From NCBI GenBank assembly GCA_964605145.1, contig CAZSBG010000002.1, forward strand, positions 34,753 through 98,752: 64,000 nucleotides of DNA. Reading direction: 5' to 3'. The translations under genes were made by a program, and so were the position numbers. Of this stretch, positions 53,013-62,200 are shown piece after piece. Position 1 is the stretch's first letter. Every line of letters begins with the position of its first letter. The notes beneath the pieces are model-generated. The model saw only the letters and a program-made list of their open reading frames with translations, made no database searches and was not told the origin of the DNA. This DNA comes from an uncultured Cytophagia bacterium (lineage in GTDB: Bacteria > Zhuqueibacterota > Zhuqueibacteria > Thermofontimicrobiales > Thermofontimicrobiaceae).

Positions 53013-54470
53013 GTGAAAGAAAGAAAAGTTTTTATCATAGATGATGATGCACATACCCAGGAGTTGCTAAAGAATGTGTTCGAGAGCGAAAACTATTTTG
53101 TGGTGGTCGATGAAGGAAATAGCGATGTTTGTAAGCGAATAAAAAATGCTGAGCCGGACATCATTTTGCTGGATTTGCTCATGCCGGAAAATAACGGCCT
53201 GGAAATATTCAAGCAGCTCAAACAAGATCCTGCGTGTGTGTCGATTCCTGTTGTAGTGTTGACTTCGCATCAAAATTTTAACAGCAAAATTGAATTGCTT
53301 AGAGAGGGTGTGCTGGATTATATATATAAGCCATTTCGAAAACAGGAATTACTGTATCGCGTGAAAAACTATATTGAATTCTGTTCTCCGGGCAGCAAGC
53401 AATTGATGGATGAAAAAGTAATATTCAATCAATTACAGGAAATATCTATTTTTCGAAAGACAGATTGGATCGAGCCAAAAGTGAGTAAGGCAAGCATCAG
53501 CGGCTATGTTTACCCTGATGTGCAAGTCGTTGCGCATCAGTCGGTTCCGGGAAGAGAGCGTGAACTGCTGGAAAAATGGGCTTCGGAAGAAATTATGAAG
53601 AGAAAGCTTGTGGACGTGGTGGATGTTTGCCCGGTATGTTTTCATTACACCATTTCCTTTCGAGATGTTTGTCCTAAATGCCAGTCAGTGAATTTTGAAA
53701 AACAGGAAAAAAAATCAACACAGGATAAGGAAAAAAAGGAATATTCATGTAGCGAATGTGGAGCATGTTTTGAAATACCATCCGTCTCGTGTCATTGTCT
53801 GAATTGCGATGAAAAATTCGATTATAAAAAAATAATTCCTCAGCGAATCTATGCCTATCAATTTCTAAGCGAGTCCTCAGCTTCAGAAGAAACAAAAGGA
53901 ATTGAAATTCACCCATTGAATATTGAAGAAGTAACTCAACCTAAAATTATCCAGCAGGTTGAAAATAAAAGTGCCGAAGGAAATGGGTGGTTGATTTTGG
54001 ACTGTATACCAAAGGCATTTGAGCAATCAAAAGTGAATTATATTGACTACGATCAATTGAAAATGAAATTGTCCCGCTTGATTGAAAATGCTGCTCCGGA
54101 TGGGACCAATATTACCGTCATGTCTCTCGGGATACAGCATTTTGAAAATTACTATCGGAGATACAACGCAGAAATAATGGTCCGTTTGTTCAAAAATATT
54201 ATCACGGTAATTCATAAACATGTCAGGAATTTTGATGTGCTCAGTTACAGCGCAGATCAGAAAAATATTTTGTTGATGCTGCCGAACACTCATCTGACGC
54301 TGGCGAAAATTATAGCAGATAGAATTCAAAACCGATTGAATAGAATTCAAACCACGTTTCAACTGGAAATACAGCTTGCAAGTTTTCCACAGGATGGAAA
54401 GAATGCCGACGAAATACTCACCATGATGGAAATGGGGATTGAAAAAATTAATTCTGATATCTCATTTTGA
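53013..54470 (+). CDS. Response regulator: receiver, double zinc-ribbon linker, degenerate GGDEF-like domain
   Basis: Receiver (IIDDD, ILLDLLMP, VVVLTSH, YIYKPF). CPVCF..CPKCQ and CSECG..CLNCD. C-terminal domain collinear with GGDEF, but YSADQ replaces GGDEF. Confidence 0.75.
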   Translation: MKERKVFIIDDDAHTQELLKNVFESENYFVVVDEGNSDVCKRIKNAEPDIILLDLLMPENNGLEIFKQLKQDPACVSIPVVVLTSHQNFNSKIELLREGVLDYIYKPFRKQELLYRVKNYIEFCSPGSKQLMDEKVIFNQLQEISIFRKTDWIEPKVSKASISGYVYPDVQVVAHQSVPGRERELLEKWASEEIMKRKLVDVVDVCPVCFHYTISFRDVCPKCQSVNFEKQEKKSTQDKEKKEYSCSECGACFEIPSVSCHCLNCDEKFDYKKIIPQRIYAYQFLSESSASEETKGIEIHPLNIEEVTQPKIIQQVENKSAEGNGWLILDCIPKAFEQSKVNYIDYDQLKMKLSRLIENAAPDGTNITVMSLGIQHFENYYRRYNAEIMVRLFKNIITVIHKHVRNFDVLSYSADQKNILLMLPNTHLTLAKIIADRIQNRLNRIQTTFQLEIQLASFPQDGKNADEILTMMEMGIEKINSDISF

Positions 54471-54782
54471 AATCATGAGGCGATTCCATTTCTGATTAAA
54501 TTTCACTCTCGGGGATTCAGTAACGTGCTTTTCTCTGCACTTCTTCTATGATGACATCCATACCTGAATATTTCCACCAAATATGAACTACATTTCACTT
54601 TGATTTGTATAATTAATTTTGTACATTAATTTTAATTTGTCATTTTTAAACTTTGGGTAAACCAAAGGCCTAAACAGCTTTTTTTCTGAATCGAAAAAGT
54701 AGAAATAAAAAGCAATCTCATTAACGGATAGAATTAGCCCGACTATCCCGCCAATAGCATTTAAAAGTAAACCTCTCTCATT

Positions 54783-55685
54783 ATGGTACGTTCGATTGAC
54801 CGTATTGCGATAATTGGTGCCGGTCGTTTGGGTACGGCGCTCATAAAAGCCTTGGCCGAACTTTCGCAATTTCGCATTTCTGCTATTATTGATAATAATA
54901 GAATACATGCAGAAAAATTCTCCAGGATATTGCATGAAACTGTTTTGTCCGATCAGTTGATCGATCTTGAGCCAGTGGATACAATTTTCATTGCAGTGCC
55001 GGATGATGCAATACAGTCGGTCGCGGATGAATTAACACAAATTGCAAAGAAAACCAAAATAGCGAATTTCGTCTTTCATATGTCAGGATCATTGCCCAGT
55101 GATGTGCTTGATAATTTAAAGCGCTATCAAATCGAGATAGGCAGCATGCACCCGGTGCAATCATTTTCCGGTCTGGAAGATGATGAGAACAGGTTGAAAA
55201 ATATATATTTTGGCTTGGAAGGAACGGAGAATGCGATAGATAGAATGGCTCAATTTGTGAAAATCCTGTGTTCTCATTACATCCTGATTCCCTGTGAATC
55301 CAAACCATTGTATCATTTGGCTTGCACGATTGCCTCAAATTACATCGTTGCACTGGTCAAACCTGTCATCGAAATTTTTGAGAAAATGGGTTACCCTGAA
55401 ACAGAGAGCAAAAAAATATTTTTTCCGCTTGTATACAATTCACTTGAAAATATAATGGAAAGGAGTGTAAATGAAGCATTAACAGGGCCGATAGCAAGAG
55501 GGGATGAAGGAACAATTGAGAAGCATATTCAAATACTGAGAAAATTTCTTCCTACCTATGAAGATTTCTATAGGGAATTGGGAAAAATAGCACTCGATTT
55601 TGAATCGGTCCGCAGTACGCTGTCGGCAGAAACAACCAGGAAAATACGACAACTTTTGAATGACAAGGATGAAAACGATGATTGA
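54783..55685 (+). CDS. Rossmann-fold / DUF2520 domain protein
   Basis: IAIIGAGRLGTAL. IFIAVPDDAI. HMSGS. SMHPVQSF. ALTGPIARGDEGTIEKHIQIL (DUF2520 hallmark). Confidence 0.8.
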   Translation: MVRSIDRIAIIGAGRLGTALIKALAELSQFRISAIIDNNRIHAEKFSRILHETVLSDQLIDLEPVDTIFIAVPDDAIQSVADELTQIAKKTKIANFVFHMSGSLPSDVLDNLKRYQIEIGSMHPVQSFSGLEDDENRLKNIYFGLEGTENAIDRMAQFVKILCSHYILIPCESKPLYHLACTIASNYIVALVKPVIEIFEKMGYPETESKKIFFPLVYNSLENIMERSVNEALTGPIARGDEGTIEKHIQILRKFLPTYEDFYRELGKIALDFESVRSTLSAETTRKIRQLLNDKDENDD

Positions 55686-56490
55686 AAAATTAGCTGACTA
55701 CCACATTCATACGTCGTTATGCAACCATGCATCAGGAACAATGCGACAGTATGTAGAAGCCGCTATTCAGGCAGGCTTGAAAGAAATGGGTTTCTCGGAT
55801 CATAATCCATTTGTGGATAATTACGTGAGTGATTACCGCATGCGTCCACGCGATTTTGAGATTTATATGGATACAATAGACGATTTGAAAACATCTTACC
55901 CTGAAATAGTTATTAAAAAAGGGATTGAACTGGATTTCATTCCGGGAGCCGTGAATTATATTTCGAATTTTGCTGAAAAGTATCAATTCGATTATATCAT
56001 TGGAAGTGTTCATTATCTGGAAATGAACGGAACCAGAAATGTCACCTATCTGAATGATATTGAAGATAAAGACAAGGCGCGTATGTTTAAAATATATTTT
56101 GAGACTGTTTCCAAAGCAGCCAATACAGGTATTTTTGATATTATCGCACATTTCGATTTGCCAAGAAGGTTTTGGGGCGATCTGCCTGAGGAATCTTATC
56201 AACACGCAGAAAAAGCTTTGGAGACAATTAAAGCGAATGATGTATGCATTGAAATTAATACATCGGGATTCAGAACCAAATCTGTTGAAGAGCCGTTTCC
56301 CGGAAATCATATTTTAGAAATGGTGAAGGCCCTGGACATCCCTGTAACACTGGGGTCTGATTCTCATACCCCGGACGATGTTGCAAGCTATTTTTATGAA
56401 GCAGTGGATCTGCTGCAAAGTATGGGGTATAAATCTGTCAATAAATTTTCAAACCATATAAGAAACGCAATTTCGCTGAACGGAACCTGA
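55678..56490 (+). CDS. PHP-domain histidinol-phosphatase (HisJ) family protein
   Basis: DYHIHTSLCNHA, GFSDHNP, GSVHY, IAHFD, SDSH metal-ligand series. The ATG at 55678 overlaps the upstream stop (ATGATTGA). Confidence 0.8.
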   Translation: MIEKLADYHIHTSLCNHASGTMRQYVEAAIQAGLKEMGFSDHNPFVDNYVSDYRMRPRDFEIYMDTIDDLKTSYPEIVIKKGIELDFIPGAVNYISNFAEKYQFDYIIGSVHYLEMNGTRNVTYLNDIEDKDKARMFKIYFETVSKAANTGIFDIIAHFDLPRRFWGDLPEESYQHAEKALETIKANDVCIEINTSGFRTKSVEEPFPGNHILEMVKALDIPVTLGSDSHTPDDVASYFYEAVDLLQSMGYKSVNKFSNHIRNAISLNGT

Positions 56491-56508
56491 TAGAATACCG
56501 GAGGGAGT

Positions 56509-58368
56509 ATGTTATTACGAAAGGCGGTGCTCTTTATTCTGGCGCTAAGTCTTTTATTTAATTGCGGAAAGAAAAAATCTGAAATTGTAGACTGGAGTCC
56601 GGCGCAATCCAAAGCCGGCGAGCCAGTGACCATTACTTTCAGATCTGAAAAATCGGAACATTTCAGGGCATCATCCGATTCGGTTTTCATTATCTACCAA
56701 CTGCAAAATGCCAATAATTCGGAAGTGCAGCGAATTTCAATGCAAGGTCGGAATGGTATCTGGCAGACCGAAATTATGACTGAACCAGAATATTTGCTGT
56801 TAAACTTTAAGTTCGAAAACAATCAGGGGCTTGTTGAAGATAATGCGAAAAAAAGATGGACGATTTTTCTTCGAGATGAAAACAGTGCCATTCGGAAAGA
56901 TAGTCATTATCTGGTTGGCGAATATCTTAGTCAAATAGATCCGTCTCAATATCCCTTCAGCCGGATGAAAGCCATTGATGAATTCGAGAAAGAACTTGAA
57001 TTATACCCTGGAAATTATAAAACATGGTTCGACTTGTGGTATTCACAGATTTCGACTTCGAATGAAAAGCGTGCAGCGCTGGATCGAGTTCGTCAACAAT
57101 TCGATAGCCTTAAAACAATCTCACAGCCCGGACCTGAATTCTATCATTTAGCTTTTCGCACCAATTCGATACTTCTCAGGAACAGAAGTGAAGCTGAGAA
57201 ATATGCGAATATGATCATCGGGGATTACAAAGATTACAGCGAAGCAGAATCTATCGAATTATCCTTAATCTATCTGAACCATAGCAATGATACGGCCAGG
57301 CTTGTTACTGAGTTGAAAAAAATTGCAAATCGCGCAACAGATGAAAAAATGCTCCGCAATCTTAATTATCAATTGGGAAGTCTTTTTCGACAGCAACGCG
57401 ATGTTGAAAATTCGATGAAACATTTTCAGAAAGTCATTGATATTGATAAAGATGATATAGCGGTTCGACTGTCGCTTGCCAGATTATATCTTGAACAGAA
57501 AGAATATGATGCCGCATGGAAAATGGTTGATGAGGCCGAGGCAAATTGCACTGTTGAAACATTTATTCAGTCCAATCCGTGGGAAAGCCCTGCACAAAGA
57601 GAATCATGGCTTAATTTGAATCGCTGTCAGGTTTATTCAACACGGGCTGCAATGTATTTCGAACAAGAGGAATTTGCAAAATCGATTGGGAGCAGAAAAT
57701 ATGTGTTGAACCTGGGAACGCCTTTTCCTGCATTTGAGTGGACCAAAATTGGCGATACCTATGTTGAAATGAATGAACTGGACAATGCACAGGTCGCTTA
57801 TCTGAAAGCTGTGAGCATCAATGAAACACAGGAAGAAGCGAAAAATTCACTGAAGAACATCTTTCGACAAAGAAATGGAACAACTGCAGATTTCAATCGT
57901 TGGCTGGATGAGGAGGTCGAAAAAACAATCAAGGCAGCGGCAAAACAGGCGCCTGACTTTGAATTGCAGGATATTGACAACAACTTCGCCCGGTTAAACG
58001 AACAACGTGGAAAGGTCGTTGTGGTCACATTCTGGGATAGCTGGAGTCGGGAATTTCAGCAGGAATTGCCGCACCTCAATTCTTTGGTGGAAATTTATAA
58101 AGATCAGCAACGCGTTGTTTTCTGGGCAGTCACTGCGGAAGCGCCGGTGTCTGTCACAAAATTTATTGCAAAGAATCCGTTCAAATCTCGGGTGTTTCAT
58201 TCCGGATATGATGTGAAAAAAATGTACGATATTATCGGTGTTCCCACGCATGTGGTTATTGATAGACAGGGGAAAATTCGGTTCACCCATATTGGTTATT
58301 CCGGCAATTTGATAGAGAAGTTGCAGCGAGAAATTCAGTCATTGCTGGATGAACCAAAAAATCTGTAA
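56509..58368 (+). CDS. Probable lipoprotein: Ig-like N-domain, TPRs, C-terminal TlpA/thioredoxin-like fold lacking the CxxC motif
   Basis: LLFNC lipobox-like sequence. TPRs (NLNYQLGSLFRQQRDVENSMKHFQKVIDIDKDD). C-terminus KVVVVTFWDSWSREFQQELP...IGVPTHVVIDRQGKIRF, where the expected WCxxC reads WDSWSRE. Confidence 0.7.
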   Translation: MLLRKAVLFILALSLLFNCGKKKSEIVDWSPAQSKAGEPVTITFRSEKSEHFRASSDSVFIIYQLQNANNSEVQRISMQGRNGIWQTEIMTEPEYLLLNFKFENNQGLVEDNAKKRWTIFLRDENSAIRKDSHYLVGEYLSQIDPSQYPFSRMKAIDEFEKELELYPGNYKTWFDLWYSQISTSNEKRAALDRVRQQFDSLKTISQPGPEFYHLAFRTNSILLRNRSEAEKYANMIIGDYKDYSEAESIELSLIYLNHSNDTARLVTELKKIANRATDEKMLRNLNYQLGSLFRQQRDVENSMKHFQKVIDIDKDDIAVRLSLARLYLEQKEYDAAWKMVDEAEANCTVETFIQSNPWESPAQRESWLNLNRCQVYSTRAAMYFEQEEFAKSIGSRKYVLNLGTPFPAFEWTKIGDTYVEMNELDNAQVAYLKAVSINETQEEAKNSLKNIFRQRNGTTADFNRWLDEEVEKTIKAAAKQAPDFELQDIDNNFARLNEQRGKVVVVTFWDSWSREFQQELPHLNSLVEIYKDQQRVVFWAVTAEAPVSVTKFIAKNPFKSRVFHSGYDVKKMYDIIGVPTHVVIDRQGKIRFTHIGYSGNLIEKLQREIQSLLDEPKNL

Positions 58369-58425
58369 TTCCCATGAATTAACAAAAAATAATCAGTTAA
58401 TTAATGTTTTTCTTGATTTGCAAAA

Positions 58426-59676
58426 ATGAATTTTGAAATAAAGAACCGTGGGTTCTACGAAAACCTTGAGCAGAAGAATCTGTCTCCTTACGCCACCAAA
58501 AGCCGTGGCGCTCACGGGACGAGAATTCATCACGAGTCAGAGCACACGTATCGCACTGCTTTTCAGCGTGATCGGGATCGCATTATTCACTCCCGTGCTT
58601 TTCGGAGATTGAAACATAAACAGCAGGTATTTCTGATAAGCGATGGTGACCACTACCGCACACGCATTACCCATACGTTGGAAGTGTCTCAGTTATCGCG
58701 GACCCTGGCCAAGGCGTTAGGTCTGAATGAAGAACTGGTGGAGGCCATTGCTCTGGGGCACGATTTGGGGCACACCCCGTTCGGCCATATTGGCGAGGTG
58801 GTGCTTAACGATATTCTTTCCGGCAAAGACAATCTGGATGGATTGCTGCAAAATGAAAATATCGGGGGATTCAAGCACAATTATCAAAGCTTGCGCGTTG
58901 TCGACCGCATTGAAAAAAAGTATCATTTCGATGGCCTCAATTTAACGTCGTCCGTCCGTGAAGGCATTCTGAAACATACGCGACTGTTGAGAGATTTCTA
59001 TTCATATCCCGACTTTGAACCGAAGGGCTTGAATTTTGAAACAGATGTCGCTTCCACGCTCGAAGGACAGGTTGTAGCAATTTGCGATGAAATTGCCCAG
59101 CGAACGCACGACCTGGAGGATGGAATCATTGCCAAACTGGTAAATTTAGATCAGGTTCGTCAGGTGGAAATTATTCACCATGTTGAAAAAAAACTGGCTG
59201 ATAAGGGAATCCCGCGCGATGATAGCTTCGGGTATAAAAACCGCCTGATTAATGCGTTGATCAACGAATTGGTTGATGATGTCGTTTCAACTACCTTGAT
59301 TAATTTGAATAGATTTTATCAGCAAAAAAACAGACTTGAATTTTTTGATGAAGAGATAGTCAGGTTCAGTGAAAACATTGATCCGCTTCAATTGGAGCTC
59401 GATCGTTTCATAAGCAGGGAAATTATTTTCAAACGAAATCAGGATGATATCAATCGTTCGAATAAAAAAATCGTGCGGGATCTGTTCATTCATTTCATGA
59501 AAAATCCGGAGCGAATTCCCAGGTATATGGCGAAACGATTTAAAACCGATCATCAAGGTGAAGTCAGTTCAAATGATATTGTTGAACGTCCTGTGAATAT
59601 ACGAATTATAGCGGATTACGTTGCAGGAATGACTGATCGCTACGCCATGCTGGAATTGAACAAATTTAAAAATTAA
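58426..59676 (+). CDS. dgt: dGTP triphosphohydrolase-like HD-domain protein
   Basis: FQRDRDRIIHSRAFRRLKHKQQVF. RTRITHTLEVSQ. GHDLGHTPFGH. ADYVAGMTDRYA. Confidence 0.9.
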   Translation: MNFEIKNRGFYENLEQKNLSPYATKSRGAHGTRIHHESEHTYRTAFQRDRDRIIHSRAFRRLKHKQQVFLISDGDHYRTRITHTLEVSQLSRTLAKALGLNEELVEAIALGHDLGHTPFGHIGEVVLNDILSGKDNLDGLLQNENIGGFKHNYQSLRVVDRIEKKYHFDGLNLTSSVREGILKHTRLLRDFYSYPDFEPKGLNFETDVASTLEGQVVAICDEIAQRTHDLEDGIIAKLVNLDQVRQVEIIHHVEKKLADKGIPRDDSFGYKNRLINALINELVDDVVSTTLINLNRFYQQKNRLEFFDEEIVRFSENIDPLQLELDRFISREIIFKRNQDDINRSNKKIVRDLFIHFMKNPERIPRYMAKRFKTDHQGEVSSNDIVERPVNIRIIADYVAGMTDRYAMLELNKFKN

Positions 59677-59739
59677 TTGAAATTAAACGATAATAAATAA
59701 AGCAGTAACGGACTTTTATATTCACAATTCAAATATTAA

Positions 59740-60579
59740 ATGAATATTAAATTTGAAAATGTCTGCTATCACTACAACGGCAAATTGCCGAACGAGCAGC
59801 ACGTTCTGAAAAATATCAACCTTGAAATATCGGGTGGTGAATTTGTTGGCATTATTGGCCCAACAGGGTCAGGCAAGACAACGCTGCTTCAGCATTTTAC
59901 AGGTCTTTTGAAGCCAACTTCCGGACAAATTTTTGTTGATGGAGAAAATATTTGGCGTAAGAATTATCCCCTGAAAGAACTTCGAAAAAAAATTGGACTT
60001 GTGTTTCAATTTCCTGAATCTCAATTGTTCGAAGAAACTGTTGGAGCAGATGTAGGTTTTGGTCCAAAATCATTGGGATTAGATGATGGTGAAATCGAAC
60101 AGCGAGTTGATCAAGCGCTTGCAATGGTGGGCATGAAAAAGGAGGAAATGAAAAATCGTTCTCCGCATCAATTGAGTGAGGGCGAAAAACGTCGGATAGC
60201 CATTGCCGGCGTTTTGACCATGGCGCCGGCAATGCTGGTCCTGGATGAACCCACGGCATGTCTGGATCCGGCCGGGATCAAATTGATTGTAAATATTTTA
60301 AGGCAACTGCACAAAGTGGGAACCACGATTGTAATGATTACGCATAATATCGATGTGATATCCCAACTGGCCGAGCGAATCATCATCTTAAATGCAGGAG
60401 AAAAATATTTCGATGGCGCCGTGACAGAAATATTCTCAGGGGACAATCTTTTGTCGAATATCGATCTGGAAATTCCACGCGTTATTCGGTTGGGCCGACA
60501 TCTGTTTGAGGAGCATGTGATTGACGATAAAAATATTTTTTCAATGGATGAATTGAAGAAAAAAATTACACAATTATAA
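59740..60579 (+). CDS. ECF (energy-coupling factor)-type ABC transporter ATPase
   Basis: GPTGSGKTT. LSEGEKRRIAIAGVL. LVLDEPTACLDP. EcfA-like length and C-terminus. No EcfT/EcfS gene is adjacent. Confidence 0.75.
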   Translation: MNIKFENVCYHYNGKLPNEQHVLKNINLEISGGEFVGIIGPTGSGKTTLLQHFTGLLKPTSGQIFVDGENIWRKNYPLKELRKKIGLVFQFPESQLFEETVGADVGFGPKSLGLDDGEIEQRVDQALAMVGMKKEEMKNRSPHQLSEGEKRRIAIAGVLTMAPAMLVLDEPTACLDPAGIKLIVNILRQLHKVGTTIVMITHNIDVISQLAERIIILNAGEKYFDGAVTEIFSGDNLLSNIDLEIPRVIRLGRHLFEEHVIDDKNIFSMDELKKKITQL

Positions 60580-60819
60580 GAATTGACCGACGTTTATACA
60601 GACTGATTTGTTTTCGAACAAAAAGTGATCGAATTATGGTCAACGTCATTTTTCTGTAACAAAAAAATCGATCTCAGTTCACACTGAATATTTTCAGGTC
60701 AATAAGTAGAAAATGTAACTATAATTATAGTATTTTCAAGGTAGTTAAGTGATAGAAATATACTAATTAAATTTCAAAACAATAAGATAACATTGTAAAT
60801 ATTGATTGCATGTAATAAA

Positions 60820-60834
60820 TGGCACGATTGTTGT
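60820..60834 (+). promoter_or_regulatory. Sigma-54 type -24/-12 promoter candidate
   Basis: TGGCACGATTGTTGT, i.e. TGGCAC-N5-TTGT. The consensus is TGGCAC-N5-TTGC, so spacing is correct and there is one mismatch at -12. Confidence 0.5.
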
Positions 60835-60937
60835 ATAAGATAAAACAAATTTAACACACACTCTGTATGTTAAAGTAATTTAGCTATTGGCCGATAATTT
60901 TTATAGGGTAAGCATCTTTGGTCAAGCATCTCAACAG

Positions 60938-61008
60938 CCCCAACGAAGTTTTGTAGTCAAGGCATCTATGGATTCGCAACCTAAACTTGGTTGGGGTTGT
61001 CTATTTTT
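60938..61008 (+). terminator. Long hairpin plus T-run (terminator/attenuator-like) between the sigma-54 promoter candidate and the activator gene
   Basis: CCCCAACGAAGTTT (60938-60951) pairs with AAACTTGGTTGGGG (60983-60996): 14 bp with one mismatch and a 31-nt loop. Followed by TTGTCTATTTTT. Confidence 0.45.
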
Positions 61009-61055
61009 AACTGGAGTCAGGAAAAGTAAAAAGTTAAAAAGGAAACGGGGCCAGC

Positions 61056-62144
61056 ATGAATAATTTCGCTGAGGAACTTGATTTAAGCTGGGCAGAGACC
61101 AGCTTGGAAGCTCCTGAGGAAATAACACAGAGTTGGGGAAAAAATTTTGGTTTTGATTATTATTATCCATTAGTCAGCCGAAGTTTTCAAATAAAGGAGA
61201 TTTTGCGGCTCATTAAAAAAGTCGCAAAAAGCAATGCAAGTATATTAATCCAGGGTGAAACCGGCACCGGCAAAGAACTCATTGCCGGATTGATTCAATT
61301 CATCAGCCTTCGGTCGAATAAACCGTACGTTAAAGTGAATTGTGCCGCGCTTCCTGAAAATTTGCTGGAGAGCGAGCTATTCGGACACGAAAAGGGTTCG
61401 TTCACAGGCGCCTATCAGACTCGAATTGGCAAGTTCGAACAGGCAAATACCGGCACGTTATTTCTGGATGAGATTGGCGACATGAATCTCTCCACCCAGG
61501 CAAAGATACTTCGTGTTTTGCAGGACCAGGAATTTTCTCGCGTTGGCGGTAACAAGACCATTAACGTGGATGTGAGAATTATTACCGCCACGAATAAAGA
61601 TCTATGGCAGGAAATTGAATTGGGTAATTTCCGCGACGATCTTTATTATCGGTTGAATGTTGTCACAATTAATGTACCTCCGCTTCGGGAGCGCAAGGAA
61701 GATATCCCGCTCATCGCAGAATTTTTTCGGAGAAAATTCAGCAGTGAATTGAGAAAACATACGCGGGGTTTCACCGAAGACACCATGCGCCTGATAAAAA
61801 ATCATCACTGGCAGGGCAATATTCGGGAACTGAAAAATATTATTGAACGCGCTGTGCTGGTGGTCGAAGAGGGCGAGATGATTATCGCGGACGATCTCTC
61901 ATTGACCGGTAAAGATTATTTCGCCGCAGGTGGTCGGGATCGACGCAAGAGCATTGGAGAGAATTGGGGTTTTAACACATTGAAACTGGAAGAACTTGAA
62001 CGCGAAGCAATTTTGCAAGCGCTGGAAATCAGCCATTGGATTCAAAAAGAAGCGGCAAAGTTGCTGGGAATATCTCCACGTTCGCTAAATTACAAAGTGA
62101 AGTACCATGGCATCACCCATGGAAGCTGGAAGAAAAATATTTAA
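61056..62144 (+). CDS. Sigma-54-dependent transcriptional activator (AAA+ and Fis-type HTH) without an N-terminal sensory domain
   Basis: GETGTGKE. ESELFGHEKGSFTGA (GAFTGA-loop variant). LFLDEIGD. FRDDLYYRLNV. C-terminal AAKLLGISPRSLNYKVKYHGI. Only ~45 aa precede the AAA+ core. Confidence 0.9.
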   Translation: MNNFAEELDLSWAETSLEAPEEITQSWGKNFGFDYYYPLVSRSFQIKEILRLIKKVAKSNASILIQGETGTGKELIAGLIQFISLRSNKPYVKVNCAALPENLLESELFGHEKGSFTGAYQTRIGKFEQANTGTLFLDEIGDMNLSTQAKILRVLQDQEFSRVGGNKTINVDVRIITATNKDLWQEIELGNFRDDLYYRLNVVTINVPPLRERKEDIPLIAEFFRRKFSSELRKHTRGFTEDTMRLIKNHHWQGNIRELKNIIERAVLVVEEGEMIIADDLSLTGKDYFAAGGRDRRKSIGENWGFNTLKLEELEREAILQALEISHWIQKEAAKLLGISPRSLNYKVKYHGITHGSWKKNI

Positions 62145-62166
62145 AATCATATACGAGTCTATTCTT

Positions 62167-62200
62167 AAAAGCCTTCAGATAATGAAGGCTTTTTTGTTTT
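62167..62200 (+). terminator. Intrinsic terminator of the activator gene
   Basis: AAAAGCCTTCA-GATAA-TGAAGGCTTTT, followed by TTGTTTTT. Confidence 0.8.

Noticed and set aside
54588-54935. 115-aa minus-strand ORF overlapping the start of the DUF2520 gene
   Set aside because: It overlaps a well-supported plus-strand gene, has no RBS and has no recognisable motifs. It is most likely a chance ORF in AT-rich intergenic DNA.
60931-61170. 79-aa minus-strand ORF overlapping the hairpin and the 5' end of the sigma-54 activator gene
   Set aside because: It is antisense to a confident gene. Its translation is dominated by the stem sequence (PQPSLG...) and it has no RBS.
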